From assembly GCA_964588335.1 (NCBI GenBank), contig CAZPOV010000020.1, positions 1 through 64,000 on the forward strand: DNA of 64,000 nt. The letters are read 5' to 3'. The notes beneath the pieces are model-generated. The model was not told the origin of the DNA, ran no database searches, and saw only the letters and a program-made list of their open reading frames with translations. This document shows, one piece after another, positions 54,967 to 63,740 of this stretch. Position 1 is the first letter of the stretch. Every line of letters begins with the position of its first letter. The position numbers were made by a program, and so were the translations under genes. The DNA is from an uncultured Pseudobdellovibrionaceae bacterium (GTDB lineage: Bacteria > Bdellovibrionota > Bdellovibrionia > Bdellovibrionales > JAGQZY01).

Positions 54967-55977
54967 TTAATAGCGCCAACGGTTCGCCAAACCGACCAAG
55001 CTCAACATCACTGGAACTTCGATGAGCACACCCACCACAGTCGCTAACGAGGCACCGGAATTCAGTCCAAACAAAGATATGGCAACAGCCACCGCCAGTT
55101 CAAAGAAATTACTAGCACCAATCATCGAGCCAGGTGATAAAATCCTGTGGGGCAATCGCATTTTCCGGCCTAAAAACCAAGTGACGAAGAAGATCACGTA
55201 GGTCTGTAATATCAAAGGGATCGCAATTAAAATGATATCAAACGGCGAACCCAAAATCGTCGCGCCCTGAAAAGCAAAGATTAAAACTAAGGTGGATAAT
55301 AGTGCCACCATTGAAAGGGGCTTCAAGGTTGGTAAAAATCGCTCCTTAAACCAAACCTCACCGTATTTTAATATTAATAAGCGATTGGAAATCACTCCAG
55401 CAGCCAAGGGAATAACCACAAAAACCACCACTGAGTAAAATAAAGTGGAAAATGGAATGCGAATGTCAGTCATTCCCAACAGAAGCTGAACAATGGGAAC
55501 AAAGGCAAACAAAAGCACAAGGTCGTTCACCGAAACCTGCACCAATGTGTACTCGGGGTCACCCTGGGTCAAATAAGACCAGACAAAGACCATGGCCGTG
55601 CAAGGGGCCGCTCCTAAGAGGATGGCGCCCGCCATATACTGTTCGGCCATTTCGGGTGAAAGAATTGAGGCAAACAAATGGTCAAAGAAGATCCAAGCAA
55701 AAAATGCCATCGAAAAAGGCTTGATCAGCCAATTGATAAAAAGAGTCAGCCAAAGACCTTTTGGATTCTTACCAACATCCTTGATGGAACCAAAGTCAAT
55801 TTGCACCATCATCGGATAAATCATAAACCAAACCAAAACCGCCACTGGTAAATTGACAGTTCCGAGGTTCATTTGACTCAAGGGTTGAATGGAGTCACCG
55901 AAAATCGACCCCAGCAGTATCCCTAAAACAATACAGCCGGTCACCCAAACCGTTAAATATCTCTCAAAAAAACCCAC
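54967..55977 (-). CDS. acr3: Arsenite efflux transporter, ACR3 family
   Basis: The N-terminal FERYLTVWV and the ACR3 signature LGAAPCTAMVFVW are present, in a 10-TM layout. Confidence 0.95.
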   Translation of the reverse strand: MGFFERYLTVWVTGCIVLGILLGSIFGDSIQPLSQMNLGTVNLPVAVLVWFMIYPMMVQIDFGSIKDVGKNPKGLWLTLFINWLIKPFSMAFFAWIFFDHLFASILSPEMAEQYMAGAILLGAAPCTAMVFVWSYLTQGDPEYTLVQVSVNDLVLLFAFVPIVQLLLGMTDIRIPFSTLFYSVVVFVVIPLAAGVISNRLLILKYGEVWFKERFLPTLKPLSMVALLSTLVLIFAFQGATILGSPFDIILIAIPLILQTYVIFFVTWFLGRKMRLPHRILSPGSMIGASNFFELAVAVAISLFGLNSGASLATVVGVLIEVPVMLSLVGLANRWRY

Positions 55978-55989
55978 ACGTCTCCCCGA

Positions 55990-56412
55990 TCAGTCTTCGA
56001 TGTATTTTTCTATATTAACCACAAAATTTTTAATCTGATCGCGCACGCGCCGATACTCCTGTAGGACGCTCTCCTCGTCGGTCAATTTCTTGGTCAAACC
56101 AGGCGGATCGTCGAATCCGACATGAATGATACGGCTTCCGGGAAATGTCGGACAGGTTTGGTCAGCATCGGAGCAGACCGTAAAAACCACATCCAAAGGT
56201 TCATTACGAAATTCAGCGATTGTTTTTGATCGATGTTGGGAGATATCGATACCGACCTCGGCCATCACTTGAACCGCCCTCGGATTCAAACCATGGGCAT
56301 GAGTGCCTGCTGAGTGAAACCGGTATGATGTCCCCAGCAAAGATTTTCCCCACCCTTCCGCGATTTGCGAACGGCAGGAATTACCAGTACAAAGAAAAAG
56401 GATATTTTTCAT
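55990..56412 (-). CDS. arsC: Arsenate reductase, thioredoxin-coupled LMW-PTP type
   Basis: Colinear with S. aureus pI258 ArsC: LCTGNSCRSQIAEGWGK (P-loop, Cys10), VCSDADQTCP (Cys82/Cys89), GFDDP. Confidence 0.95.
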   Translation of the reverse strand: MKNILFLCTGNSCRSQIAEGWGKSLLGTSYRFHSAGTHAHGLNPRAVQVMAEVGIDISQHRSKTIAEFRNEPLDVVFTVCSDADQTCPTFPGSRIIHVGFDDPPGLTKKLTDEESVLQEYRRVRDQIKNFVVNIEKYIED

Positions 56413-56819
56413 GAGTTCTCCAAAAAGTTATCTAGAATGGGACAGTCACTTAAAAGCACACTCTCTTCAACGCAGCAACTGGCGATGCTTTTTAAAGACT
56501 TCTTGATTCTTTTCAGGTCCTTAATTTTAGCTTCTACTTCTTGCATCTTTTGACTGGTTTTGCTGAGGACATCACTGCATCTTGCCTGGCTTTTTATTCT
56601 AATATTCAGCAATTCTTTGGCCTCTTTTAAAGTAAAACCCAGCTCTTGGCAGCGCTTGATAAAGCGGATGCGCTGAATATCAGATTCGGGATATTGACGA
56701 AAAGCTCCGGTTTTTCGAGGCTGCTTTAATAATCCCCGTCTCTCGTAAAAGCGGATGGTTTCGACATTGACGGAGGCCTGTTTAGCGAGTTTTCCTATGG
56801 TCAATTTCTGTGAGTTCAT
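56409..56819 (-). CDS. MerR-family regulator closely resembling Hg(II)-MerR (all three metal-ligand Cys positions conserved)
   Basis: [26 protein letters not shown] matches Tn21/Tn501 MerR [26 protein letters not shown] (recalled from memory). Cys residues in ARCSDV, ASCCVE and SDCPIL correspond to MerR C82, C117 and C126. The stop overlaps the arsC start by 4 nt. Confidence 0.9.
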   Translation of the reverse strand: [136 protein letters not shown]

Positions 56820-56825
56820 AAGACC

Positions 56826-56857
56826 ACTTTAAACTCCGTACCATGGTACGGAGTCAA
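56826..56857 (-). promoter_or_regulatory. MerR-type promoter/operator: -35 TTGACT, a 22-bp perfect dyad, a -10-like TTAAAGT, and a 19-20-bp spacer
   Basis: The minus strand reads TTGACTCCGTACCATGGTACGGAGTTTAAAGT. The palindrome actccgtaccatggtacggagt spans 56833-56854. Its half-sites TCCGTAC/GTACGGA are those of the Tn501/Tn21 mer operator as I recall it (TTGACTCCGTACATGAGTACGGAAGTAAGGT). Confidence 0.75.
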
Positions 56858-57063
56858 GGCTTGAGCAGAAAAAACCGGAGGAGGGCCTCTGGATTCCCTA
56901 GTCGCTGCCACATTCAGTCATGATTTGAAAAGTGAAACCGGGCTTTGCTTTAAAAACTCAGACGAAAAGTATTAACCGTATTCAAAAAGACCGGTGCAAT
57001 AGACCCTGTAAGCTCATCGTGCTCCAGAAGCAAAGTCTTGCCAACTCGCGCAAGATTCTTAGA

Positions 57064-57117
57064 AAACAAAAAAATACCCGATGTTCTTAAGTAACAAGAC
57101 CTAAAAGCATCGGGTAT
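57064..57117 (-). terminator. Candidate minus-strand intrinsic terminator in the ORF-free gap
   Basis: A 10-bp stem atacccgatg (57074-83) / catcgggtat (57108-17) is followed on the minus strand by ttttttt. The loop is long (24 nt), which lowers confidence. Confidence 0.4.
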
Positions 57118-57815
57118 CGAGTTAAGTTTAATGCATTATTAAATAATGCATAACTTTCTTGTGAATAAAGAGTCCTAGTCTCTTTTATATCCGCATATAC
57201 GGAACCTTCACATTGTTTTGAATCGAGGTTCAAAGCAATAATAAAGTTTCACAAGTCTCTGGCTTTTAAGAGAGACAAGGTCAAAGCCTCATCCAGAGGT
57301 CTTCGACCTCATTCCTAAAAACAGCCTCAGTTAATCATATTTTAAAAAATAAAGATTCCATGAATTGTTTCTTGAATGTGAAAAAATGTACAAGGGGAAG
57401 CTCTAACTTCCAGAGGCCCTACATCGAATCTCCGCTCTGTAGAACTGATCAAAACTTCAACTTTGTGAAGATCTACAGTTTTGGAAATTTTGACACCAGT
57501 CGGTACGTTTGATCACCCGATACTCTTTCTTGCGCTGAAGACTGAAGACATTTCATTTTTCTGATTTAATTTCACAAATTCATTGGAAACTTTCAGAAAG
57601 AGCTCTTAAAAAATTCAATAGCCAACGTCATTAATCAAAAAGTCTCTTATACTTTAGTCATGAAGTTTTCTTTTTCACTTTGATATTCTCTTTAAGAAGC
57701 GCTCAGCTTCATGTAACGATATAACTAAACTTTGTGTGTTGATAAGATTTTAATATGAGATCTTTTGTCCGATGTTTTGACGGACCCAAATGTGTTTGTT
57801 ATAGTAAGTTCAATC

Positions 57816-58970
57816 ATGAAATTTGAATCTGTACGAAGCGAACTTGACGGTTGTAAGCGAATCGTGGTCAAAGTCGGCAGCAATGTCGTCACAAAAAAAA
57901 GTGGAAAATGCGATCTGAGAAAAATGAGGATTATCGTAGAGGATATCTGCGAACTCACTGATCTTGGATTTGAGGTCGTACTCGTCAGCTCAGGCTCTGT
58001 GGCCGTCGGCAAAGCTTTTCTTAAGAAAATGCTTCCTGAAGAGGGGGGCGTTGATTTACAACAGTCCGCCAGCTCCATTGGTCAGCCAAAGTTGATTAAT
58101 CGTTACTCAACACTTTTTGAAGACCACCAGCATATTTGCTCGCAAATTCTATTAACCCACGACGATTTTCGAAGTCGAAAACGTTTTCTTCATGCCAAGC
58201 AGACCATTGAGGTGCTCTTAAAAAACAAGATCACTCCAATCCTGAACGAAAACGACTCGATTTCTTATTCGAAGAATACGGTTGGCGACAATGATCACTT
58301 AGCCGCATCAGCGGCACAGATGGTGAAAGCCGATGCCTTAATCATTATCACCAGTGCCCAGGGCCTGTTTGACAGAGATCCCAATGAAAAAGGGGCGGAG
58401 CTGATCAAGAATGTCAAATATGGTGAGTCGTTTAAGAATATTGATATGTCGGCAAAAACACATTGTGGCCGTGGCGGTATGGAATCAAAAGTTCATGCCG
58501 TCAATAAGGTAACACCATTGGGGATCAAAGCCATTATCGCTTCGAAAGACAGCGAACGCATCATCATCGATGCTTTGACAAAACCCATCGGTACCTTTTT
58601 TGGCCCGAAAGCGACACTGGACCCCGAGCTGCGCAAGGCCTGGTTGATTTCAACCAAGAAACTCAATTGCCATATTGAAATCAATGATCGCGCTTTTCGA
58701 CAGTTGCAGGCTGGCAAGCCCCTGTCTCCAGCTGGGATCATTAAATCGTCGGGAGTGTTTTACAAAGGGGATTCGGTCGACATTGTTTACGATCGAAAAG
58801 TGATCGCCGTTGGCGTCTCCGAGTATGATCGCGATGAAATTGAAAAGATAAAGGAAAAAACCCGTAACAAAATCGCAACTGTTCTTGGCAGCAGTCTTTC
58901 GAATGCGGTTGTAATGGCAACAAATTTTGTATTAACAGGAGAATATTATAAAAATGCTCAATCTAGCTAA
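57816..58970 (+). CDS. proB: Glutamate 5-kinase (with C-terminal PUA domain)
   Basis: Colinear with E. coli ProB: RIVVKVGSNVVT, PILNENDSISYSKNTVGDNDHLAASAA, GRGGMESKV. Start trimmed to MKFESVRSEL (ATG 57816). Confidence 0.95.
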   Translation: MKFESVRSELDGCKRIVVKVGSNVVTKKSGKCDLRKMRIIVEDICELTDLGFEVVLVSSGSVAVGKAFLKKMLPEEGGVDLQQSASSIGQPKLINRYSTLFEDHQHICSQILLTHDDFRSRKRFLHAKQTIEVLLKNKITPILNENDSISYSKNTVGDNDHLAASAAQMVKADALIIITSAQGLFDRDPNEKGAELIKNVKYGESFKNIDMSAKTHCGRGGMESKVHAVNKVTPLGIKAIIASKDSERIIIDALTKPIGTFFGPKATLDPELRKAWLISTKKLNCHIEINDRAFRQLQAGKPLSPAGIIKSSGVFYKGDSVDIVYDRKVIAVGVSEYDRDEIEKIKEKTRNKIATVLGSSLSNAVVMATNFVLTGEYYKNAQSS

Positions 58971-60192
58971 AAAATCGAAACAGGCCTCTCGAAGTTTGCG
59001 TGGACTTGACACGCAAAAACGAAAGGACATTCTATTTAAATTGGCGGACTCATTGGAAGCCAATAAAGACCGAGTGATCGAAGCCAACAAGAAAGACTTG
59101 GCTTATGCCGAAGAAACCAACCTGTCAGCGGCTTTAAAAGACCGGCTGATGCTCGATGAAAAAAGAATTCAAGGCATGGCCCAGGGCGTCCGTGAGATTG
59201 CCGAACAACCGGAAGTGGTTGGCCAATTCAGTGATGAATTTAAAAACAAAGAGGGACTCACCATCAAACGTCAACGTATTCCCTTGGGAGTGATTCTAAT
59301 GATTTTTGAGTCTCGCCCAAACGTGGTGATCGACTGTGCCGCCCTCGCGCTCAAGTCATCCAACGCTATTATTTTGAAAGGTGGAAAAGAGGCCAAGCAT
59401 TCTAATGAAGTCTTAGGCGCCATTATCACCGAAGCTCTTGGCGAGGATCTTCCCAAGGAAAGTGTACAAGTTCTTGCTTCAGACAGTCGCGAGGAAGTGA
59501 ACACACTGCTTTCCATGGATGAGTTTATTGACGTGGTCATTCCCCGGGGTGGCGAAAAGCTGATCGAACATGTACACAAAAATGCCAAAATGCCGGTGAT
59601 TGCCCACTTTAAAGGCCTTTGCCATATGTATTTAGACAAAGAGGCCAATCTTGATAAAGCCGTTGATCTTGTAATGAATGCCAAAACCCAAAGAACCGGT
59701 GTTTGCAATGCCATTGAAACCTTGTTGGTTCATAAAGACATTGTTGATAAAATTGCCAGCCCTCTTTCAGAGAAACTTCTTGAGAAAAACACCGAGTTGC
59801 GGGTTGATGAAAAGTTTATGAAAGCCGCCAATAAAGAGCTGAAAGAGGCCACAGATAATGACTGGGCAACAGAGTATCTCGACAACATCCTGTCGGTCAA
59901 AACCGTGGACTCTATCGATGAGGCGATTGCTCATATTGACCAATACGGCAGTTTTCACACCGAAGGCATTGTTTCAGAAGACAAATCCGCTTGTGAAAAA
60001 TTTCAAAGAAATGTGGATGCCAGCTGTATTGCCGTGAACGCCTCCACCCGCTTTAACGATGGTGGGCAGTTGGGACTTGGAGCAGAGCTCGGAATCTCAA
60101 CCACAAAATTTCATGCCTACGGCCCAATGGGTGCTGAACAAATGACAACCACCCGTTATGTTATCGAAGGCCAAGGTCACGTCAGAAGCTAA
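58954..60192 (+). CDS. proA: Glutamate-5-semialdehyde dehydrogenase
   Basis: Aldehyde-dehydrogenase fold with ProA patterns: IFESRPNVVIDCAALALKSSNAIILKGGKEA, CNAIETLLVH, ASTRFNDGGQ. Overlaps proB by 17 nt. Confidence 0.95.
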   Translation: MLNLAKKSKQASRSLRGLDTQKRKDILFKLADSLEANKDRVIEANKKDLAYAEETNLSAALKDRLMLDEKRIQGMAQGVREIAEQPEVVGQFSDEFKNKEGLTIKRQRIPLGVILMIFESRPNVVIDCAALALKSSNAIILKGGKEAKHSNEVLGAIITEALGEDLPKESVQVLASDSREEVNTLLSMDEFIDVVIPRGGEKLIEHVHKNAKMPVIAHFKGLCHMYLDKEANLDKAVDLVMNAKTQRTGVCNAIETLLVHKDIVDKIASPLSEKLLEKNTELRVDEKFMKAANKELKEATDNDWATEYLDNILSVKTVDSIDEAIAHIDQYGSFHTEGIVSEDKSACEKFQRNVDASCIAVNASTRFNDGGQLGLGAELGISTTKFHAYGPMGAEQMTTTRYVIEGQGHVRS

Positions 60193-60207
60193 AAGAAGGG
60201 ATCGAAA

Positions 60208-61008
60208 ATGATTGGAATTATTGGATGTGGAAACATGGGACAAGCCATTATCAAAGGCTTTTACAGCAAGCACCCTGACCAAAAATTTATGACTTGGGAT
60301 CCTGACACCGACAAAGCTCAGTCGCTGGCCGATAGTATCAACGGCGAAAGGGCCACAAGCTTAGCTGACTTGCAAAAGGTCTCGCACTTGGTGCTGGCTT
60401 GTAAACCGCAACACCTGAACAGTTTGGCAGAAGATTTTAAGAAAAATGATATGGATTTAAAAGAGGTCCACATCATTTCCATTCTTGCCGGTACGGCGAC
60501 TGAAACCATTCAACAGAAGTTGGATGCTGCAAAGGTGACGCGAGTGATGCCTAACACTCCGGCTCTATTCTCTGAGGCCATGTCGTTAATATTTCACGCC
60601 TCACAAGTGACAGAGAACGAACACGCCTTAACCGAAAAGTTCTTTAAAGCCTGTGGTGAAATCGCTTACATGCCTGATGAGTTAACCTTCGACCGCGTGA
60701 CCACGGTGTCTGGTTCAGGTCCCGCCTACGTTTTTCTATTTGCCGAAGCCATGGTGAATCAGTTGCAGGAGTGGGACATCGAACAGAGTGCGGCGAGAAA
60801 AATCGTTATGCAATTGTTTAAAGGCAGCACCCTGTTGATGCAAAACGAAACCGAGACACCTCTCCCCGATCTGATCGACCGGGTTTGTTCTAAGGGTGGC
60901 GTCACCATTGAAGCGGTGAACGTTTTTCGCGACAGCGGCTTGCGTGAAACCACAGCAAAAGCCCTTAAAAAAGCAGAAACACGAGCCATGGAACTTCGCG
61001 ACGCCTAA
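60208..61008 (+). CDS. proC: Pyrroline-5-carboxylate reductase
   Basis: IGIIGCGNMGQAIIKGF (Rossmann), RVMPNTPA, and a C-terminal P5CR dimerisation-domain pattern SKGGVTIEAV. Confidence 0.95.
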   Translation: MIGIIGCGNMGQAIIKGFYSKHPDQKFMTWDPDTDKAQSLADSINGERATSLADLQKVSHLVLACKPQHLNSLAEDFKKNDMDLKEVHIISILAGTATETIQQKLDAAKVTRVMPNTPALFSEAMSLIFHASQVTENEHALTEKFFKACGEIAYMPDELTFDRVTTVSGSGPAYVFLFAEAMVNQLQEWDIEQSAARKIVMQLFKGSTLLMQNETETPLPDLIDRVCSKGGVTIEAVNVFRDSGLRETTAKALKKAETRAMELRDA

Positions 61009-61255
61009 ATAAATCCACTGCTTCGACGCCAAGGGCTCTCCAAAGCTATTTGGGAGCTCCTTTTGATTTGGACGACTTACAGGACCCCAGCGTTTCTGTA
61101 CCCTACGAAAACTAAACTTGAAGCGCAAACCTCGAAAATCCCAAGCCGGAGCCAAATATATTATTGGGTCGCTCCCCGATTTTACTCAGGTTGTAAGGAT
61201 CTCGTCAGTCTCGATAGCCCTTTTTTTATGTTTAGGAAATTTTAGATTTTTAAAC

Positions 61256-62185
61256 CTAATTAAGTAGGCGTACAAACATGGTGGTGGCTCCGCCACAGTT
61301 AGAGGTCACAGATAGACTGAAACTGTCAGCATTGGCTGGAATTGGCAAAAGGGAGCTTGATGATGGCTTACTTTTTTCTGAGGTGACACAGGCCTGAAAA
61401 CTTAGGGTGCTACCATCATTCATTGCGAATGAGGTTGTAGCCGAGGAACCTCCGCTGCTACTGGTACAGCGACACAAAGATTCTGTATGCATAAATTTAG
61501 CATCTGGATGCAGACTTAAATCAACCGTTGCAGAGTTCGGAGCACTCGCGTCTGTGGCCACATTAAAAGAACCCGAAACTTCTCCTAAAAAGTCACCAGA
61601 ACTACCAGACTCCAAACAACTAGCGATTGTTCGATTGGTGGGGTTTCCCGGAACCGGAGTTGTTCTGAAGGCTTGATGTTGACGGACCTGGCGGGAATAG
61701 AAGCCATTTTGCATTCCAAATTCAATGACCCATTCAGCATCGTAGATGTCACCACTGACTTGTTTAATGTTTTCAAGACGAACGTCAGACACCAGGAGCA
61801 CTGGATCATTCCAAAGTGACTCACCTTTTTTAACCAAAGGTGAAGATCCAACACCACATTCTTGAAACACCGATTCAAGTCCGATATTGACACCCCCATT
61901 CACAGAGCCATTAAATTCAAGTTTCTTTTTAATCTTTGCCGAATTCGGGTTCGCTGGGTCGAGCCTATTTAGCTGACAGGAGCATGTGTTGCCGACCGAC
62001 AAAATATCTCGAAACGCGTTTTTAAAATCAACCAATACCAATCGTTTTTCTAAAAGAAGAGTCTGCTTCGATTGGCGCGCCAAAGATGATGCCATAAAGG
62101 TGAAAAGTATAACGCCAATTGCAGACGCCAAAAGCAATTCGACCAAGCTAAAGCCATTTTGATTGGTGGTATATGAAGCCCCCAT
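61256..62185 (-). CDS. Type IV pilin / pseudopilin-like protein (prepilin N-terminal cleavage/methylation motif)
   Basis: The N-terminus ...NQNG|FSLVELLLASAIGVILFTF matches the G|F-[ST]-L-[IV]-E prepilin motif plus a hydrophobic helix. The C-terminus is Ser/Cys-rich. Confidence 0.7.
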   Translation of the reverse strand: MGASYTTNQNGFSLVELLLASAIGVILFTFMASSLARQSKQTLLLEKRLVLVDFKNAFRDILSVGNTCSCQLNRLDPANPNSAKIKKKLEFNGSVNGGVNIGLESVFQECGVGSSPLVKKGESLWNDPVLLVSDVRLENIKQVSGDIYDAEWVIEFGMQNGFYSRQVRQHQAFRTTPVPGNPTNRTIASCLESGSSGDFLGEVSGSFNVATDASAPNSATVDLSLHPDAKFMHTESLCRCTSSSGGSSATTSFAMNDGSTLSFQACVTSEKSKPSSSSLLPIPANADSFSLSVTSNCGGATTMFVRLLN

Positions 62186-62420
62186 AACGTCCTTTTTCTA
62201 AAGAATACTTTTCGGCATATAATGATAAAAGTAAACGAATTTTAACTCTAAACAGAAAAATTTCTTTATATAAGAGGAATAATGAATCTCTATTTGATAC
62301 AAATAAAAACCAAAAATGCCAGTTCTTTCAAACATCACCTTTTGGGCAACTCACCCAACCACCGACTGTTCGAGGCATCATAACCCTTAAAATCGAGAAT
62401 CACATTCCACCAAACAGGTC

Positions 62421-63740
62421 TCAGTGGTTAGTTTTTTTTAAGGTTGTGATCAGGTTTTCAGCGAAAGTCTTTAAGGCTGACCCTGGCCCATCAACATCAT
62501 TGGTCAATCTTGTATCGTTTAAACTTGGCTTGATGATTTTAATTAAAGTCTCTTTAGCATCAGATGAATAACGATTCCATAAAGCCTCTTGTTGTATGTG
62601 CGTGAATATAGCTCTTACCTCTGAAGCATCCGTTTTTCTGAAGAAATCAATCATTTCTGAGTTTGGCTCAGGCATTTTCATCTCAATTAAATATTCATAG
62701 AAGAACCAACGGTGTTGAGCCTTATAACTGAGAGCGTTCTCTGATTTATATATTTTTCTAACTTCTCTTGAAAAATCAAAGTTGAAGATTCGTAAAGCTC
62801 TTAAATATGAACCGACCCAACGATATTCTGAAACGTCATCAACTGTAAGTCTCAAAGCTTCCTCAACAATTGATAAAGTGTTTGGATTTTGCTGGACAGA
62901 CGAATGATACTTGAGCAACAGAGTCAAATAAATATTTTTAACATTATCAGATACTTTTTTCTGGTTTATATATTGATCTGAAAGGTGCCCGATGACAGCA
63001 TTGATACATTCTATTCCGAGATTTTTGGCTAATACTCCATCCAATTTTAGGCCCATTGAACTGCCAATCTCAACAGGATCCATTTTCTTTGCTAAAAGCT
63101 CGGGGCAATGAGCCTGAATATCCAGTAAGAAATCTTTTGAATTTTTCGTCTTGGCATTTTTGACTCGGAGATTTCTATTCGATCCTTGACTTGTGCATTC
63201 CTTCAACACAGATTCATATTCGGCAAAAACACTTCTAAGAGAACCGATACTTTCAGGTATCGGAAGGTTCAGTATGGCATAAGAGGCTCTGGCGTAGAAA
63301 TTCTCAATATTTGAATTTGTGATAGCTCCACCTTTTAGAACAGTAGTTAACTTGTTGAGACCATCTTTTTTACCTAAAAGCGCCAGCGTAGCCGCTGCCT
63401 CAACTATCACAAGAGGATCTTCATCATTAAGAAGTTTTTTCAGGAACGGAACACCCTGCATCGGATCATCTAACTCCAGGACCAAGCCTGCTAACCCATG
63501 CTTTGCACCTTTTGTACTTTCACTAATCAATAGTAAGTTGTCGAGAGTTTTTTCATCAGAAAAAAGGTTGTTTGCTTTTAAAGTGTCTCGATAGTTCAGT
63601 TTTTCAGCCAGAAGCTCCCTTAACTGGCGGCATTTCACTTCGTTCACTTGACGCTCCAATTGAGAGTTACCTAAACTGAAAAACAAACTACTTAAAAAAA
63701 ATAAATTTAGAACTTCCCTCACATTTTTATATAGACACAA
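62421..63740 (-). CDS. Hypothetical secreted protein, possibly HEAT/ARM-like helical repeats
   Basis: Long ORF in an AT-rich segment. NDEDPLVIVEAAATLALLGKKDGL looks like a HEAT repeat. The N-terminal hydrophobic stretch may be a signal peptide. The start is uncertain (TTG 63740 or GTG 63722). Confidence 0.4.
   Translation of the reverse strand: MCLYKNVREVLNLFFLSSLFFSLGNSQLERQVNEVKCRQLRELLAEKLNYRDTLKANNLFSDEKTLDNLLLISESTKGAKHGLAGLVLELDDPMQGVPFLKKLLNDEDPLVIVEAAATLALLGKKDGLNKLTTVLKGGAITNSNIENFYARASYAILNLPIPESIGSLRSVFAEYESVLKECTSQGSNRNLRVKNAKTKNSKDFLLDIQAHCPELLAKKMDPVEIGSSMGLKLDGVLAKNLGIECINAVIGHLSDQYINQKKVSDNVKNIYLTLLLKYHSSVQQNPNTLSIVEEALRLTVDDVSEYRWVGSYLRALRIFNFDFSREVRKIYKSENALSYKAQHRWFFYEYLIEMKMPEPNSEMIDFFRKTDASEVRAIFTHIQQEALWNRYSSDAKETLIKIIKPSLNDTRLTNDVDGPGSALKTFAENLITTLKKTNH

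Noticed and set aside
56882-57420. 12-bp long-range inverted repeat agggcctctgga (56882-56893) / tccagaggccct (57409-57420), considered as possible termini of a small mobile element
   Set aside because: The match does not extend beyond 12 bp, there are no flanking direct repeats, and a single 12-mer match within ~900 bp is not far from chance.
57725-58078. 117-aa minus-strand ORF at the proB 5' end. Other antisense ORFs lie at 59271..59714 and 60736..61155.
   Set aside because: All lie antisense within the strongly supported proB/proA/proC genes and have low-complexity S/T/P-rich products.
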